The notes beneath the pieces are model-generated. The model searched no databases. It worked only from the letters and a program-made list of their open reading frames with translations, and was not told the origin of the DNA. This document shows positions 48,150-62,925 of a DNA stretch of 64,000 nucleotides, piece by piece. Position numbers and translations under genes: made by a program. Every line of letters starts with the position of its first letter. Position 1 is the stretch's first letter. This stretch comes from Okamejei kenojei. Its lineage: Eukaryota. The stretch is taken from contig CM069142.1 of assembly GCA_035221665.1 (NCBI GenBank), forward strand, positions 5,890,001 to 5,954,000. The letters are read 5' to 3'.

Positions 48150-51100
48150 AATCTGCAGACCAAAAAGTTCTTTATTAAAAAAACGGATTCCTAAACAAAC
48201 TTTTGGGGGGGGGGGGGGGGAAATTAGAATATAACAAACCATCCACGACAAACTAGTGAATATGTCAGAATTGTCTTAACTTATTTCAATATACAGAACT
48301 GATTTTTATCATTTTCTTTAAAAAATAATCACTGTTCAGTTTTTTTTAATATTTAAGCTGTTTTCTGTAATGCCTGTAAACCTTTCTGTATTAAAAATGG
48401 TAAAGGCAAGAGATAAATGTTTAGAATCTTTTAACATGCAGTTGGAGAATCTCTGTATCAGCCCATTTTTTTGCAATTAATTGGTATATTATGTAAACTT
48501 CAGGAATTATTCAATCTTAACATGTTTAAGAGGTGGAGAGCTCAACTTGCTTAGATAACTTAAATTACATCAACTCATTTAGAAGTTTAAGGTTTTCAGG
48601 GGAACTATAATAGAGACATTGAATATAATGGGCTGTTGCTCCAAAAATAGGAAGGCAAATATGTTGACCATGGACAAACATTGTATAGACAATATGGAAA
48701 TAGTTCGACAGAAAAGTGAAGATGTATTCTTGAGTATTTCCATCCTGTTTGATGGCAAACAAAGTGGATATTCTATTGCAAGAAGCAGAGAAAGTGGCCT
48801 CTGATCCCACAGGATATCAGTCCACTGCATCTAGCAGAAGCTAGCAGGCAGACTGAATGCTGTCCAATGTTGCCACTAGGACTGAAAATAAATGCAGGAA
48901 GAAGCGGCAGAGACAAGGTGAATTAACAGTGGCATGCTCTACCTATGCGCAGCATTGGTATCAACCAGTTGCATTTAACTGCTTGCACTGGCAAACTGTC
49001 AGAACACTGCAAACATACATATACTTTAGAGGACTTTACAGTCAAGATGCTGTGTTGAATTGTATCCTTAACCTGCTCACCCCTTCCTAGGACTTCTGCT
49101 TACACACAACATCCACCTGTGCTTGTTTCCCTGCCCTTGAGAAATGCAGAAATGTCAAGAGTTGGGCACGTGCTTTGGTGTTCATTCCACGACAAATGTA
49201 ACAAATCATCTACATGTTGCATGCAGCACCTGCACCGCAGCTCAAAATAGGTACGAGCTGTTAGTGTAATAATGTGGTTTAGTCGTCCTTGTATGATTAA
49301 CCACCAAAAAATTCAAGTCCTCACTGCTTCAGTACTTGAAAAGAACGAACTGAAAAAGGTAAGCAGAAAAAAAACTAAGTTTCCCATCAATATTTTAAGT
49401 CAGATTTTTAATGAACCAAGACGCCATTACAAAAATGAATACAAAATGATTAGATAAAATGACCACATTACAATACAAAAAAAAAAATCAAGCTGCAATG
49501 GAATTATTTTGTGGCAGTTGTTGAGAACAGCTTTATCGGCAATGAGTACTTTACAAAAGAAATGATTTTGGAAAAGGAAATAAAAAACCTAAGTGCCTTA
49601 ATGCAGACAGAAGCAATATTGTTAAATTTGTATTTCTAATATAACTGAGCAACTCAATTATCAAGAATACTTATCACTGTGTAGCTGGTTTCATAATAAA
49701 TTAGAAAAATAGGATTTAGTTTGAATATATATTTTTAAATTAAAGGGGTGGGAATAAATTAACACCTTAAAGCTCAAATATATATCCAATGTACAGCAGA
49801 TCAGACCATGGCTCTAAAACCAGGCAGCATCACCTATATGTGCAATCACCCAAACCAAATCTTCATTAAAAGTTTAAATTTAAGAAGTTCTGTTATCACA
49901 TCTTGACTGGAAAGGATTTGAAAAGTTGTGCTTAGAGTTGCCACCTGTCAGTTTAGAATGGTTTGTTTTCTGGTTCTTTTTTTAACGTTCCTGATACAAA
50001 TAGGCAGTCCCAGTCCCACCTATATACCGACAGATGATTTATCTACATGTGTATGAACCAGTTTCCTAAGTGAAGGGGACTGAGGCGTTTGATGTGAATG
50101 AAGCAGTTTCACTATCTACACATATTTGTTCAAATACAAAAAAAAGATGAGAATCAGAAATTCATAAACTTAAAAAAAGGCAAATATCCATAATTCCTAA
50201 TTAATTTCTAGTTTGGTAAAGATTACCACAGTAGATATGAAACCCACATTTTGTCTTTTCAAATATAATGCCATTTCACCATCTTTAATTTCCAACTAAA
50301 TTATTTTTCCAACTTTAATACTATTTACCATAAACATTAGCTATATTATTATTCCCATTCAACAACATATTGATTTTTAAACTAAATTCCACAAATAGAT
50401 ATTTAATTAGCGATATATGACTAAAAAAATGTAAAACGTCAGTGAAAACAAAGTCAATAACTGCTTCAGTGTCAATGCTGATTTCGAAGCACTGACGTTA
50501 CATCAGTCATTATTCAGTGTAGAATCCCAAAAGAATAAATAATTTCCCCAAAAGTCTTAATTAATTTTTTTTGCAAAATTATTTTCCAAAATCATCAGTA
50601 GTAGATTAAAGTCCCCCAATCATTGAGATTCAATTCAGTGGTTCCAGTTAAAGTTATGCAAGTGAGCTGCAGGACTCAATATACAATGTTTTAAGATGAC
50701 TGAGATCGCACGATGGGTAGCCACACATTCATGCGTTTCGTTGAGGAAAAGTGCTAACACTAAACAGAATATTTAGGACCAGAAAGAAGAAAACACCAAA
50801 TGACATCAAATAACTACATTTGTCAAAGTGTAAAATTTAATATCCTGACAGTTTAGTCCTTACAATTTCCCAAAGGTTAATCTTTTTTCTCAAGTTCATC
50901 TTGAGCCAGAAGTGATACTGTACATTGTAAGTAAATATGGTTATACCAGTACACAGCAATATGCAAACCAATGCTTAACAATAATGCCTCACTGTTGCAA
51001 CGTGTCAATGTACAATATAATGAAATGTGCATTCACACCAGGTCATGTTGGAATTACTTTATACACAACTAAATGTCGCATTCATATTTTTAACCTCGTG

Positions 51101-54100
51101 ATTTTAAATTTCCTCATTGCTACTCTTCAAAATTGTCATGCTGTTCATGAAATAAATACCAGCAAATGTTGCACCACGAATGCAAGATAAACCAAAAGTG
51201 ATGCATTGGTAATACAAGATAAACCATCTTGTGATGTTACAATTCTGGATTTTAGCGAAGGTTAGTTTTTAATTAAAGAAGGCATTTGTCAGAACCTTGA
51301 TGACCACAACTCATTAAGATTGTGATCTTAATGTATTTTTTGTAAGATTAAGATAACTGGGGCAAAATGGCTGCAAGAGTTTCCTTTCATATCCACACTC
51401 TTTTTCTTTACTTAAAAAACTGCTTACACCAAACTTTCTCAATCATTTTTATGTGGTTATTGTCAAAATAGCTAACAGCTTTAGATGAGGCATTACTGCT
51501 GCGTTTGGATATATGCTGGTGACGATTAATTATTTAATTAAAAGGCTGCTGTCTGTCAACTATTACTGATGCTTGCTTATTGACACCATAGGGAAATCAA
51601 TGGGAAGGCTATGCTTTCACATACAATAGATTTAGAAATAATAATGTTTTAATCACCCTGCTGTAACTTTCCAGACATAAAAAAAACGTAACCTGCTAAT
51701 TGGTATTGAAAATAATACAAAGTGCTCGAGGAACCCTGTGGAGACCATGGATGGGTGATTTTCAGATTGGGACCCTTTGTCGGACCAGTTTACAAAAGTT
51801 TACTTTAGTAAATCAGCCCCTGCAGTTTCTTGTTTCTCCATTTTACTGCTAATTGCTAGTATTGTGTCAGTTCTGCACATTATTAATTAGTGGTCCAAGT
51901 GTTTCTGGCGACCTGTATTTATGTGTTATCAATCGGTGAAAATTGTTTTCCTTCCAGGAGTATTTTAACAAAAAGAGTGAACGATTAAAATGATTGGAGA
52001 TACATTTTAGCTCGGTGGTTAGCTTAATAATAAAAGAATGGGAGGTAACAAATCCAATCATTTGGAGCACAAACATTTTAAGATAATAGTATTCATCTAT
52101 TATTAAAAATTCAGACTATTTATGGTGAAATCAACGTTAACTGCCCTCTGAGATGTTAAGAAAACTCAATTGAAGGACAGTTTGGGATGGATATTTATTA
52201 CCTGCCATGAAATGAATAAAAACCATCTGAAAGTAAAAAAGATTTCTAAACTATCAGAATATTTCAAACAGAGCATTAATGCTGGTTGAATTAAAATTTT
52301 CCCCAAAATATGGTAAGACTGGAAAAATGTATGAAGCGGCGTCTATCAATATGACTGTTCTGACTCAAATTTAAATTTTAAGCATTTAGTTTGTATATCA
52401 TAATTTATTTTGAAAGAGCAACCAGACTCAGAATTAGGGGCTAGTAATAAGAGTTATAAAAAACATTTGCCTCTTAAGTTAATTTCCATGAATGCCTTGT
52501 CATTCAGTTCTCATAATGTTTCTTAATTAGTTAAAGGATTTACCAATTTATCTTCAAGAGTAAAAAGGTTATAAGATGCCTATATTAAGCAGACTGCAAA
52601 TACCTCGAATTTGGCCAGTTTTCCTAGGTGATCCTGTGCCAACATTGAAGGATTCTTAAAAAATGGATAGATTTCTTTGGATTCTATGCTGGCACTTTAA
52701 TTAGATGTAGTAATAGTTGCAAGTATCAATTGCAAATCATCAAGATTAAACATTTTCAATCAAGGGTATTGATTTGGGCTATTTGTACAAGCTATGCCAT
52801 GCATCCAAAGAACATCACAGATGGTGTACGTATTACCAAGTGGTACGATGGGCTTATTCAGAAATATACAGACTGTAGCAAATATTCCGTAATTATAAGA
52901 GATTTGTAACATGTATTGTTCAGCTATACAATTGATATGTCTGGGGAAACCGGAATGCAAAAATGTAATTGTCCTTTGTGAAACACCAATTTTTGCAATA
53001 TTCCGCAATCTTATAATTAGTAATATTTTCACATTTTTTTCCTAAACCTTATTAACATTTCTGAAAAAAGGCTATTTTGATGAAAGTGAGAAATAGTCTG
53101 ATGAAAACATTTTTAACCCCAAATGTTTATGCATTTTGCATTTACATCCCAAATCTCTTTCAAGGACCATTCAAAAATGTTAATTGACTTTATAGTTATA
53201 GATTTGCATTGTTGCATGGTTGAAATTTTCAGTTCAATTTAGGTGGACTGAATTTTGCCCCAGACAACACACCCTTTTAAAACAAGCAAACATGGGCAGT
53301 TTGAAGTATGGGCTGCAATAAACTTAATTCTCAACACTCAGATGATGTCACTAACGTGTGCTACTTTTTTTTGCAACATTTGCACTGGTAAAATGTTTGA
53401 CAGTTTTATCATCTATTAGATGTTTATACATAAAGATACTTTCTGTGTATATGTGGACACACTCAACTGCAGTACTGCATTAAGGTGCACTGGATGCAGG
53501 GACGTCCGCAGGTTACCTGTGCTGCCATCTTATTGTACAGGAAATACAACATGCACATGTGCGAATCGTTCAAAGCCGCTGAGAACCATGTGATCATACT
53601 TGCCGAGTTGTTACACATCTTCGCTCAGACATAATGATCAAATCATGACATTTACTAACACACAACAGTATTCCTTTTGATCATTAACAGAATTTGTACA
53701 TAGAATCAATGTAAAAGACCTCCAAAAATTATATCTACATATCTTTTTTGGCCAGTATTAATTCCCACAATTCGCTATTAAACAATATCATATGTGACTG
53801 GATAGAATCATCAGGTGCATTCCTCTGGAATGTATACATCAACAAAGTGATCAGCCGAATGACTGAATCATAAATTAAGTTGGACGCTATCTAGTAGGCG
53901 TCTACTGAACAATATACATGACAACTAACAGTGTAACTTCTCTGAAGGAGACTCACTGCCAGTGGAGTCAAAAGGGTGGGAAGGAAAGGAGCAAAGCTAG
54001 TACCAAGAGGCTGGAACGAACAAGATTCATTCTGCTATTTACTAGGATTTTATTTTCAATACACGTCAACAGTAGGCACATATAACCATATCTTATATTA

Positions 54101-55075
54101 TTCCAATTGGAAATTTTGGGATACCCACGTCTTTTTTACATATAAAAACACCAAATTATTTTGTGAACAAGCTGTATTTTGTTTAAACCGATTTAACTTT
54201 CAAAGATATTACGTAGTTATACATTTTTTTTAATATAGAAAGGAATACCGCCTATTGAAAATCTTCTTTAAAAACCTTCCAATAAATAACACATCTAAAG
54301 AATATAAGCCTGCGGACGTCCAAAATTGGATAATATGTACAGTTTTAAAACTATGAACAACTAGGCAGTGAAAAACAGTTATGTTCTCACACACAAAAAC
54401 ACACCCAAAACATACAAAAATACTATATCTTAAACTACCAAGAAAGACAATTTATCATCTCATGCCATGACTTATAGAGCAATACACGGAAACAAACAAG
54501 GATTTGACAACCAAAAAAAAACAATTTTATCCCAGAAATATACCAAAATATACATCTAAGCTTTGGAATGACTGAGGTTAGACCTGCTGGGTAATTGCAT
54601 TTAATACACAATTCTAAGGTTGCAAAGAAGAAACAAATCTTTGGTATCTGCATTAGGCGTATGTTAACATTTGTATTTTGCTTTGGGATAGAGCTTGCAT
54701 GATCCTTCAACCCCCTCAAAAAAATCTCCATAACATAAAAAAATTCCTTCTCTACACAAAAAAAAGTAGAGTGTCTATCTAGCACAAGGTTGAGGAATAC
54801 AATGCATAGTTGCACAGTGGTATTAATGAAAAGGAGATGAAACCTTTATACACAAGCTACATCTTTTTTAGTCTTTATTTTTCTTTCACAAAATCAATTG
54901 GCAGCATCCAGCTAGTTACAGTCAGTTCTGAAGAGCACCTCAATGTGTAGAAATCCAAATTACCCAGCCCACAGGGATAAATGCCCCCCAGAAGAGCTAA
55001 TCCTACCACAGGAGTCTCCAGTCTTTTCACCAATCAAATAGCACATGGCGCTCCACTTTCAGCAGTCCTCTACTG
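48150..55075 (-). other. Putative long terminal exon/3'UTR of a convergent gene (POU2F1 by synteny, unverified)
   Basis: Almost repeat-free, U-rich on the minus strand; minus AATAAA at 48171-76; candidate acceptor near 55072. Confidence 0.5.
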
Positions 55076-55363
55076 CTTTGGTAGAAAGAATGAAGCCGAT
55101 TTATTTAATTTATGCAATTCTTTAGTTACTGTAAGCAATTCACACTTTAGAAATAAGATTAGTATAGGACTGAAGACATTAAAAAATTTAGTTCATACAA
55201 TCATTAATAAAGTCTTTGGTTTTATCAGCACAATGTAAGGTTGCTGTCATGTAACAAAAGCACTAAGCATGGCAGGAAAGACCATCACCATCATTTACAT
55301 TCAGAGTGATCACTATTCATCAGGGTAGGTTTCTTTTTCAACGATGGGTAACAGTACCCTTAC

Positions 55364-55502
55364 CTGATCTGATAGAAGATTGTCAAAACTGAACAGCCTT
55401 TTGATATACAACCAGTATTTGCCCACTTGCACTCTCCCTATGCAATCGTCTACTTGCACTTGGCTAACACTGGAGGGACAAAGCTGAGGAGAAGAATCGT
55501 CA
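55364..55502 (-). other. Putative internal exon of the minus-strand transcript
   Basis: TCATTTAG| acceptor and CAG|GTAAGG donor, 139 nt. Confidence 0.45.
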
Positions 55503-56088
55503 CTAAATGACAACGGTATAGAATAATCAAAGAAAACATATTGTAGCTTCCAGTAAACACAAATGCACCAAGTCTGGATCTACACATGATAATCAAGTGC
55601 ATACTATATATTTGTATTTATGTGGGGCTTTGGAGATGTACAATAGAAGCTATGTTATCAATGATCAAAGAGTCAAAGTTAAATAATTAATGCTTTGACT
55701 GATTTATATGCTTAACAGAAAATTTCAGCAAGCTAAATCAAACCACCATTTTCACTTCTTCAGATCAAATTGTGTCTCGAACCCCAGAGGTGGGTTCAAC
55801 GTGCTAAATATTGGGTTAACATTTAATGGGATACATTGTGTCAAGTGATGATCCACCTTAATATCTCACCAGTTTAGCTGGTTGAGAGTGGCAAGTGAGC
55901 CAATGACTTGCCCAAGCTGTCATGGAAACAACTCAGAGCACAGTGCATTGGCTGTGAAGGCGATAGTTTACAGCACAGATGAGAGAAGGTTCAGCAGTTT
56001 TCGTTGCAATTCGAGTGGAGAAAGGGGCAAAGTCATCAATGGCCAGGCTACAAAGATAAGGGACTGCAAAATGATCAATTTTACTTAC

Positions 56089-56287
56089 CCTGTCAATTGT
56101 GACTGTTGTTGCTCACTTGTCATGCTAGTGCAGATCGATACATGTCAGAAAATGTTTTTAGAAGTATCATCAGTGGCAGGTTCAGCCACTCTGAGGGACT
56201 TGGGGAGAGGAGATTAGGAGTGGTGGGGATATTAAAGTGAGTTACTCGGTCACGAGTTAGAAATGAGGTATACAACTGCTCCTGTAC
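56089..56287 (-). other. Putative exon of the minus-strand transcript, with stops in all three frames
   Basis: TTTATCCTAG| acceptor and AGG|GTAAGT donor, 199 nt. Confidence 0.5.
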
Positions 56288-59200
56288 CTAGGATAAACGG
56301 TGACGCTAGCATGAGGAAGAAAATGAAATAATGTACATTTCGGGGACCTATATTTAAACTCCAGTAACACATCACTGGATTTGGTGTACATTTCCTCTTG
56401 CTAATTCCTGCAGCACACACGTAAATAAGGTTTTTTTTACTAATGACCCTACTGAAAAACAAAGCAATTTCAAAATCCACTACTAAAGTTGTAACAATCC
56501 CATGTATGATTCAGGAATTTATAGCTTTTTCAAGTCCATAGACTAATATGGGAACTGAGATTATAATATTAATAACTGCTGACTGGACTGTACAGCAATA
56601 TATTAAAAATGCATTTCATTACACATCGAAAATGGTGGAATACCACTACATCTTGTTACCCAGTATCAGATTTTTTTTTCCTCAGGTAATTCATCTCAAC
56701 AGTTCTTAACAATTGCTCTGGTGCAATGTTAACACAACATAAAATGTTAACACAACAATAAAACGATAATGGATAATTTCTGTTGCAGCTCAAGATTCCT
56801 AGAATTACAGAAAAGTTAGATTGATTGTCCTATGGTAAAAATGAAGCATTTATGAATGACGAGTTGACTTTAACCAAAGGTCACTGGAAGTTAACTGTAC
56901 ACACCTGTCCAGCATTCTAATACATCAGGGAAATACGTCTGACACATCATTTCATTTTCTTCCTCAGAATTCCTACATTTACTAATGTGCTATACAACCT
57001 GATCCATACTTTTGTTCCAAGTGCTCTGATATAACTGAAATGGACATATCAAGACTTTTCTTTACATCATTTTCCAAGACTGTGGAGCTCTTTACATAAC
57101 CAATCACTGAAATGAGAACCAATTCTACCTTCATATCTTTAGGTAACATTCTCATGAACCTTCAGAATCAGAATTCTTAATTTGCTTTATTGCTACTTTA
57201 ATTAATCTTACATTTTTAATATTTAATAACTGAACAACTAGACTGGTTTTCCTACCCTACTCATTGATTCATAGCACAGATCTTAGCACTATTAATGGAG
57301 TTACCAATGAAGGGAGTACACATTTATTCTGCTTTCTTTGAGATTTTCTTGGTGGAAAACAGGAGGGGAAGAAAGGGGACAGTGTTTAAAGGCACCACTC
57401 CTGATAGCAATCATCAAAGAATCATCACTTGCCTAAATAAAATATTCGCTTAAATGTTATTAATTACATTGAAGAGTTTGATCAATTATAAATTGTGGTT
57501 CCATTCTAAGCGAAGGGAATGTTTAAATTACAGACAAATAGTGATGTTTGTTTCAAGCCCTAGCACACTAAAAAGAGGAAGAGACTCAACAAAAGGAAAG
57601 ACTAAGTGATAACAGAACCATTGTAGCATTTCAAGCCATAAATCGGACATTTCTTTCCTCAGAGGGCATGTCAAAGAAAGCATCCTAAAGCCAAATAGCC
57701 TCCTTAAATCTGAGTCAGCAGCAATGTTTTCATTGGGCTTTTCACACAGATAATGAAGAAATGGCTAATATTTTTTAAAGCTTATGCAGGATGAGCAAGA
57801 GTTTTGGGAATTTTTTGATTTGAAAGCCGGAATCCAGAAAAAGAAGTGTTTGCAAAATTGTCTGGATGCTGTAGTTCATGAATACCGTACTCCCAAGTTG
57901 CATCTTTTGATATATAATTCTGCTAAAAATATCATGTCCTAGTACTCTAATGTGAACATCAGACCACCGGAATGAAAATGTTTCTCAGCTACACAAAAGG
58001 GAGCAAAGACCAATCCAGCACAAAGTCTGCTTATTGCCCCCTCTCACTGAGAGATTTGGAGGATTCATTGAAACAACAGTAGTATTTTTGCCATTTTGAG
58101 GGATTATTTTAAGCTAATAGATTAAAAAGTAAATACTCTTGGACAGGCTAGCTGAGCTCCAAACTTTTTTGTTCACCGCAATTCTGCAGAATACAATGAC
58201 TAAGTGGTTTGCTATCGATTATTTAAACATGATGACACTTAAAACATGGCAAAGATAACTGAATTTAAGAAGAACGCGTTTGATGGAAAAAACTATATAT
58301 TTTGATACTGCAGTTTTACTGTGTGGTAATGCCCATATATAGTACCAATGGGTACTATATTCAATTCCTAAAGCAAAATGCAGAGTGAATGTCAACACTG
58401 ATCAATGTTCATACACATGTATCAATAACTGACTATCGCTGCATGTGCTGACACTAAAATAGTATTTGTTATACAGGCTCCAAGGTTCTTGCATGACAAC
58501 ACTGCAAACACCTCTGAGAAGTACTGTCTCGTTTAGCAATAATTCTAAATAATGATATGAAACATGCTGAGGAATATACCCCATGTTAGACAATCTTTCA
58601 TAGCCATTTCAGAAGGTCGCATTGCAGGTGAATATTTAAGGGTGTGCAATATAATGCATTCAAAATCTGTGATTCCATGCTGTCAAAATGTAAACTACAA
58701 TTTTCAAACTGTAGACTCTTTCAGGGAGCAAAGAAACGACTGACCAGATTCAAAACAATTGCATCTAAATGTGATGTGACATTTTCACACCTATATGTGA
58801 TGTACCGCAAAACATTTGAGACGAGCCTGCCAATAGCAGAACAATTGGGAATTGTGAATGTGATTTTCAGATTGTAAAGCTAAGATGCATTACATTCGTA
58901 ATTATTGACCAACATATTTGTACAAATTAGGATAAAATGTCTCTTCAGAAACCAGTCAAATGTATGGAATTTTTTCAACTAATCTCACCTATGAAAAATA
59001 TTGCACACCCTTAATATTAGTTTTCTCAGAACAGTTAAATCATGCCTCAGATGTTAGAAATCAACTTCTGAATCAAACAGATTTCAGACATCTATGTTGA
59101 CACAGGTCAGCTTGACACTATGAGTGAAATAAGGAAATGTATGCAAATTCTCATCCTCAACTGGATGCCGACATGAGAGCAAGGATAGTCAAAGTGTCCT

Positions 59201-62200
59201 CTAAAGCACAAATCAGATGGCAGGAGCCAACCATAGCCACACATCTATACAACTACTCTTTGTTCAGTCAAGCGGGTGCAAGGAGCAGGATATATTTTTG
59301 GTCTAGATTGAATTGTTTAGCATTGCTATCATCAACAATAATAAAAAGTTAAAAACTTGCTCAACTATTTAAGTGACAAACACTATCTTCAATATACAAC
59401 ACAGATAAAACATTCTTTTTTTTCTTTTTGTTTAGAAAACGCCTTTCACATAGCGGAACCCTCTCCCATCCCCTGACATTGTTAATCTAATACCTCTCTG
59501 ACAAAAGGCCAGTGGAAAATGAGCACTTTGATGCTGTTTAAACACGTACAATACAAATTTCAACTAGTTTAAAAACCATGAGATGAGGCATGCTAAAACT
59601 TAGGCCACAATTTAATTGAGTTGCAAAAGGCGGCGTTTGCTTTGGCAATTAGAATCACAAACTGATTTCTTTTGTTAATTATCAAGGTTAACTTTTAAAG
59701 AACGAAACCAAATCCATAAATATTTCTAAAGCACAGAACATCATCCAAAAACTAATACTAATATCTAAATCTACAATCATATCCCTCGGGAATAGTTTTT
59801 TGTGTTTGCAAAGCAAGCCTGTAATTGCTAAGCGATGCTGAGGTATTTATTTTTTCATAGAAGGATTGCAATGATGGGAAGTAATTCTACTTATATGGTG
59901 CAAAGTATGTCTTATTTCCCGACGATAATGTTTGCACAAATATCTTAAAGCCATCTTTTTACTGGATTTTTTAAAAAGGTAATTATATAGTGGGTAATAT
60001 TAGTAATGAATTCTCATGGAATTTCTCCTATCCCCCAAGTTATTTCACTTAAAAGACGGCATGTACAATACTTGACTTTAATTTTGGAGCTCTATCATGT
60101 ACACAAGAACCATTCAGTGCCTGGCAACTTTCACACAAGCCAACTGCAACTGTATGCCATGGCAGCTCCTCAGACTGCACAGCGACAATTAGAATAAACC
60201 AGTGGAATATCAGTTTCCTTCTTTCCGATCACGTGGAGCTCCCAAATGTAGTGGTCACTGTATTGTACCATGATACACCTCCCAACAACAATCAAAAACC
60301 TCACTATTTCAGCAGCATTTTAAAACATCTAGAACGGATACAGATTTGGTCATTAGCAAAAGAGGGAGAGGGGAATAATTGCTTTTAAAAAATCATTAGA
60401 ATAATCTTTACAAGGGAATTTGTTATCCATCAAACATTTAAGGGCTTTGGATAGCAGGTGAGTGGAACCAAGTAGAAAGGCCCATCAAAGACGCTGTGTG
60501 TCCCCATAGGTTCTACAAATTCAATAAAGTATTCCATATTTTGTGCTTGTGAGACAATGTAAATAAAGTAATATGGGTCACGTATATTTAACAATAAAAC
60601 AATGTGCATCTGCAGAACTTGGAGTGGTGCGACATAAATGAAGTGAAGTAGTGCCACAAATCAGAAGTAGTTTGCAGTCAATTTAAATCAGATGTTTTGG
60701 TTAAGAAAGGGGAAAAGAAAAGATACAGAGATTGTACACCTCTACAGATGAAAAATATCAATCTGTAGCAATGATGTTGCCATTGTTACTGTTAGGAGTG
60801 AATGGCCTTGATCTCAACTAAGCAGTGCTTAAGAACACACGAAGCCTGTACAATTAGAGCCCTCACTTCAATGTGGCCAGTTTCTATAACCAGGATACAG
60901 TGAACAGCTTAGACAACTATTGCATGAACTCTGATTTGGTTGCTGTCGTGATTATTTGTGCTGTTGTTTTGTTCTAAAACATAAACGTTGATTTTTGACA
61001 CACATTGGTTGTAGCCCCAGATAAGAGTATATGAAAGTTAGACAACGGGATGTCAAACTAAAGGTATACAGTTTCTAAGGCAACAAATAAAGCCAGTTCA
61101 ATTGAAGGGTGCAATAAACCACAATAGATTACCGAAAATCTATTTTTGGAGGCCTTTCACAGAGTTATTAGATATTAGTTGATCAAGCCACCAAAAATGT
61201 GATCATGTTCATGAAATAGAACAAACCAAATCACCATGTCTATGACTAAATCTAATGTTTAAAATGAGGGATACTTGCATGTGTTCAATGTACATCAAAA
61301 TTATTTGGCTTCTCGAAGTGTACATATCACATTAAAATTACTTTTGAAGTTAAATAATTGTAGACCAATGTCAAAATCTGAACTTAATTCAGATTGATAA
61401 TTTGGAATTTGGGGGAGAAAAAAAGCTATCAGTCTTAGTAACGATGAAGATTATCAGATTGTTATCTGGTCACTAACCTCTGCCATGCTGGCCTGGACTA
61501 AATGCAACTACACAGCCTTCCCAAATGGCTCACTCTGAAATTGCCTCTGAAAAGGCTTGCCAAAACACTCAGCTGCAGGTTGCTTATTACCAACTTGCAA
61601 AGAAACAAATAGTTGGGCAATAAATACTATCCTTCACAGTGATGCCAGCTCCATAAAAAAGTGAGTAAGGAACATCAAAAACATTAAATTTAAATTTGTT
61701 GAACACCTATACATATTGATGTCAGCTTCTGTCATGAAAATTAAGATCGTGCAACTTCAATGAAAAATTTGCAGGTACAGCAATCCAGTGTTAGCTCAAC
61801 TGCCCAAGAAGGGTGATTTATTTGATTATTTGTATCATAATTATTATTATTATTATTATTATTATCTTTATTTGATTACAAAAAAGATAACAAATTAATT
61901 TGTTAATCCTTCTGAAGTGCATTGGCTATAAAATTATACTTCCACCTGGTAAAGGAATTTTACTTGGATTTGAAAAAATAATTATTTAACATAAAAACGT
62001 AAATCTTTTTATTTTAAAGAAAATCCTATTGCAAGTTACAGAATGCAGCATTTCCAAATGTTTTATAATTTATCTTCCTCATATTATCGTAATTAGCAAC
62101 TTTTAAATATTTATCAAAGTGAAAGAAATAAAATTCTATCCAACTGGATAAAATTAATTAGTGTATGGTCTAGAATATAGCCTACTTTTGAATTAATTGG

Positions 62201-62374
62201 TTTCCAAATAAATTACTTATTTTAGCTGGTAAATTTTATTTTTCTTGCACATTCAATTTGAGAAATTTGTTAACACATCCGACAGATGTCCATTGAATGC
62301 GCATAAAGCATCAGAGACTGCAATGTTGGTGCAAATGATACAGATGTTCCCCAATGTAAGCAGGAACCAAAATC

Positions 62375-62925
62375 ATACCTAAAAGTGGAGTCACAGGTAA
62401 ATAGGGGGGTCAAGGCGGCTTTCGGTACATTGGCCTTCATCAATCAGGGTATTGAGAATAGAAGCTAGGACGTTATGTTACAGTTGTACAAGACATTGGC
62501 GAGGCCGCATTTGGAGTATTGTGTTCAGATTTGGTCGACCTGCTATAGGAAGGATGTAGTTAAGATAGAAAGAGTGTAGAGAAGGACACAAAGTGCAGGA
62601 GTAACAGTGGGTCAGGTAGCATCTCTGGTGGCATTTCGGGTGGAGATCTTCTTCAGACTGAAGAGTGCAGAGAAGATTTACGAGGATCTTGCCAGCACTT
62701 GAGCGCCTGAGCTATAGCTATAGAGGTTGGGAAGGCTAAGACTTTATTCCTTGGAGCACAGGAGGCTGAGAAGTAATCTTAAACGGGTATATAAGATTAT
62801 GAGGGGAATACATGGGGTGTATGCACAGAGTATTTTACCCAGATTAGGGAGTTCAAGAACCAGAGGACAAAGTAATTTGGGTAATTTGGGCCAAAGGCCC
62901 GATTCCTAATTGATGATTCTATGAT
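62375..62925 (+). mobile_element. CR1 fragment with a small pLTR-type insertion (~62585-62660)
   Basis: LQLYKTLARPHLEYCVQIW and LRLYSLEHRRLR motifs. Confidence 0.8.

Noticed and set aside
55882-56217. Plus-strand CD3 eta-like alternative exon
   Set aside because: Only a 4-residue REGS resemblance; the nearest acceptor gives an immediate stop in phase 0.
58337-58360. 10-bp perfect hairpin ATATAGTACC/GGTACTATAT
   Set aside because: AT-rich and isolated; plausible by chance in 64 kb.
60070-60175. Possible minus-strand exon (SEELPWHTVAVGLCESC...)
   Set aside because: Weak donor and no recognisable homology.
61835-62270. (ATT)n plus AT-rich stretch resembling decayed L1/Tx1 ORF2
   Set aside because: Too degenerate to classify by eye.
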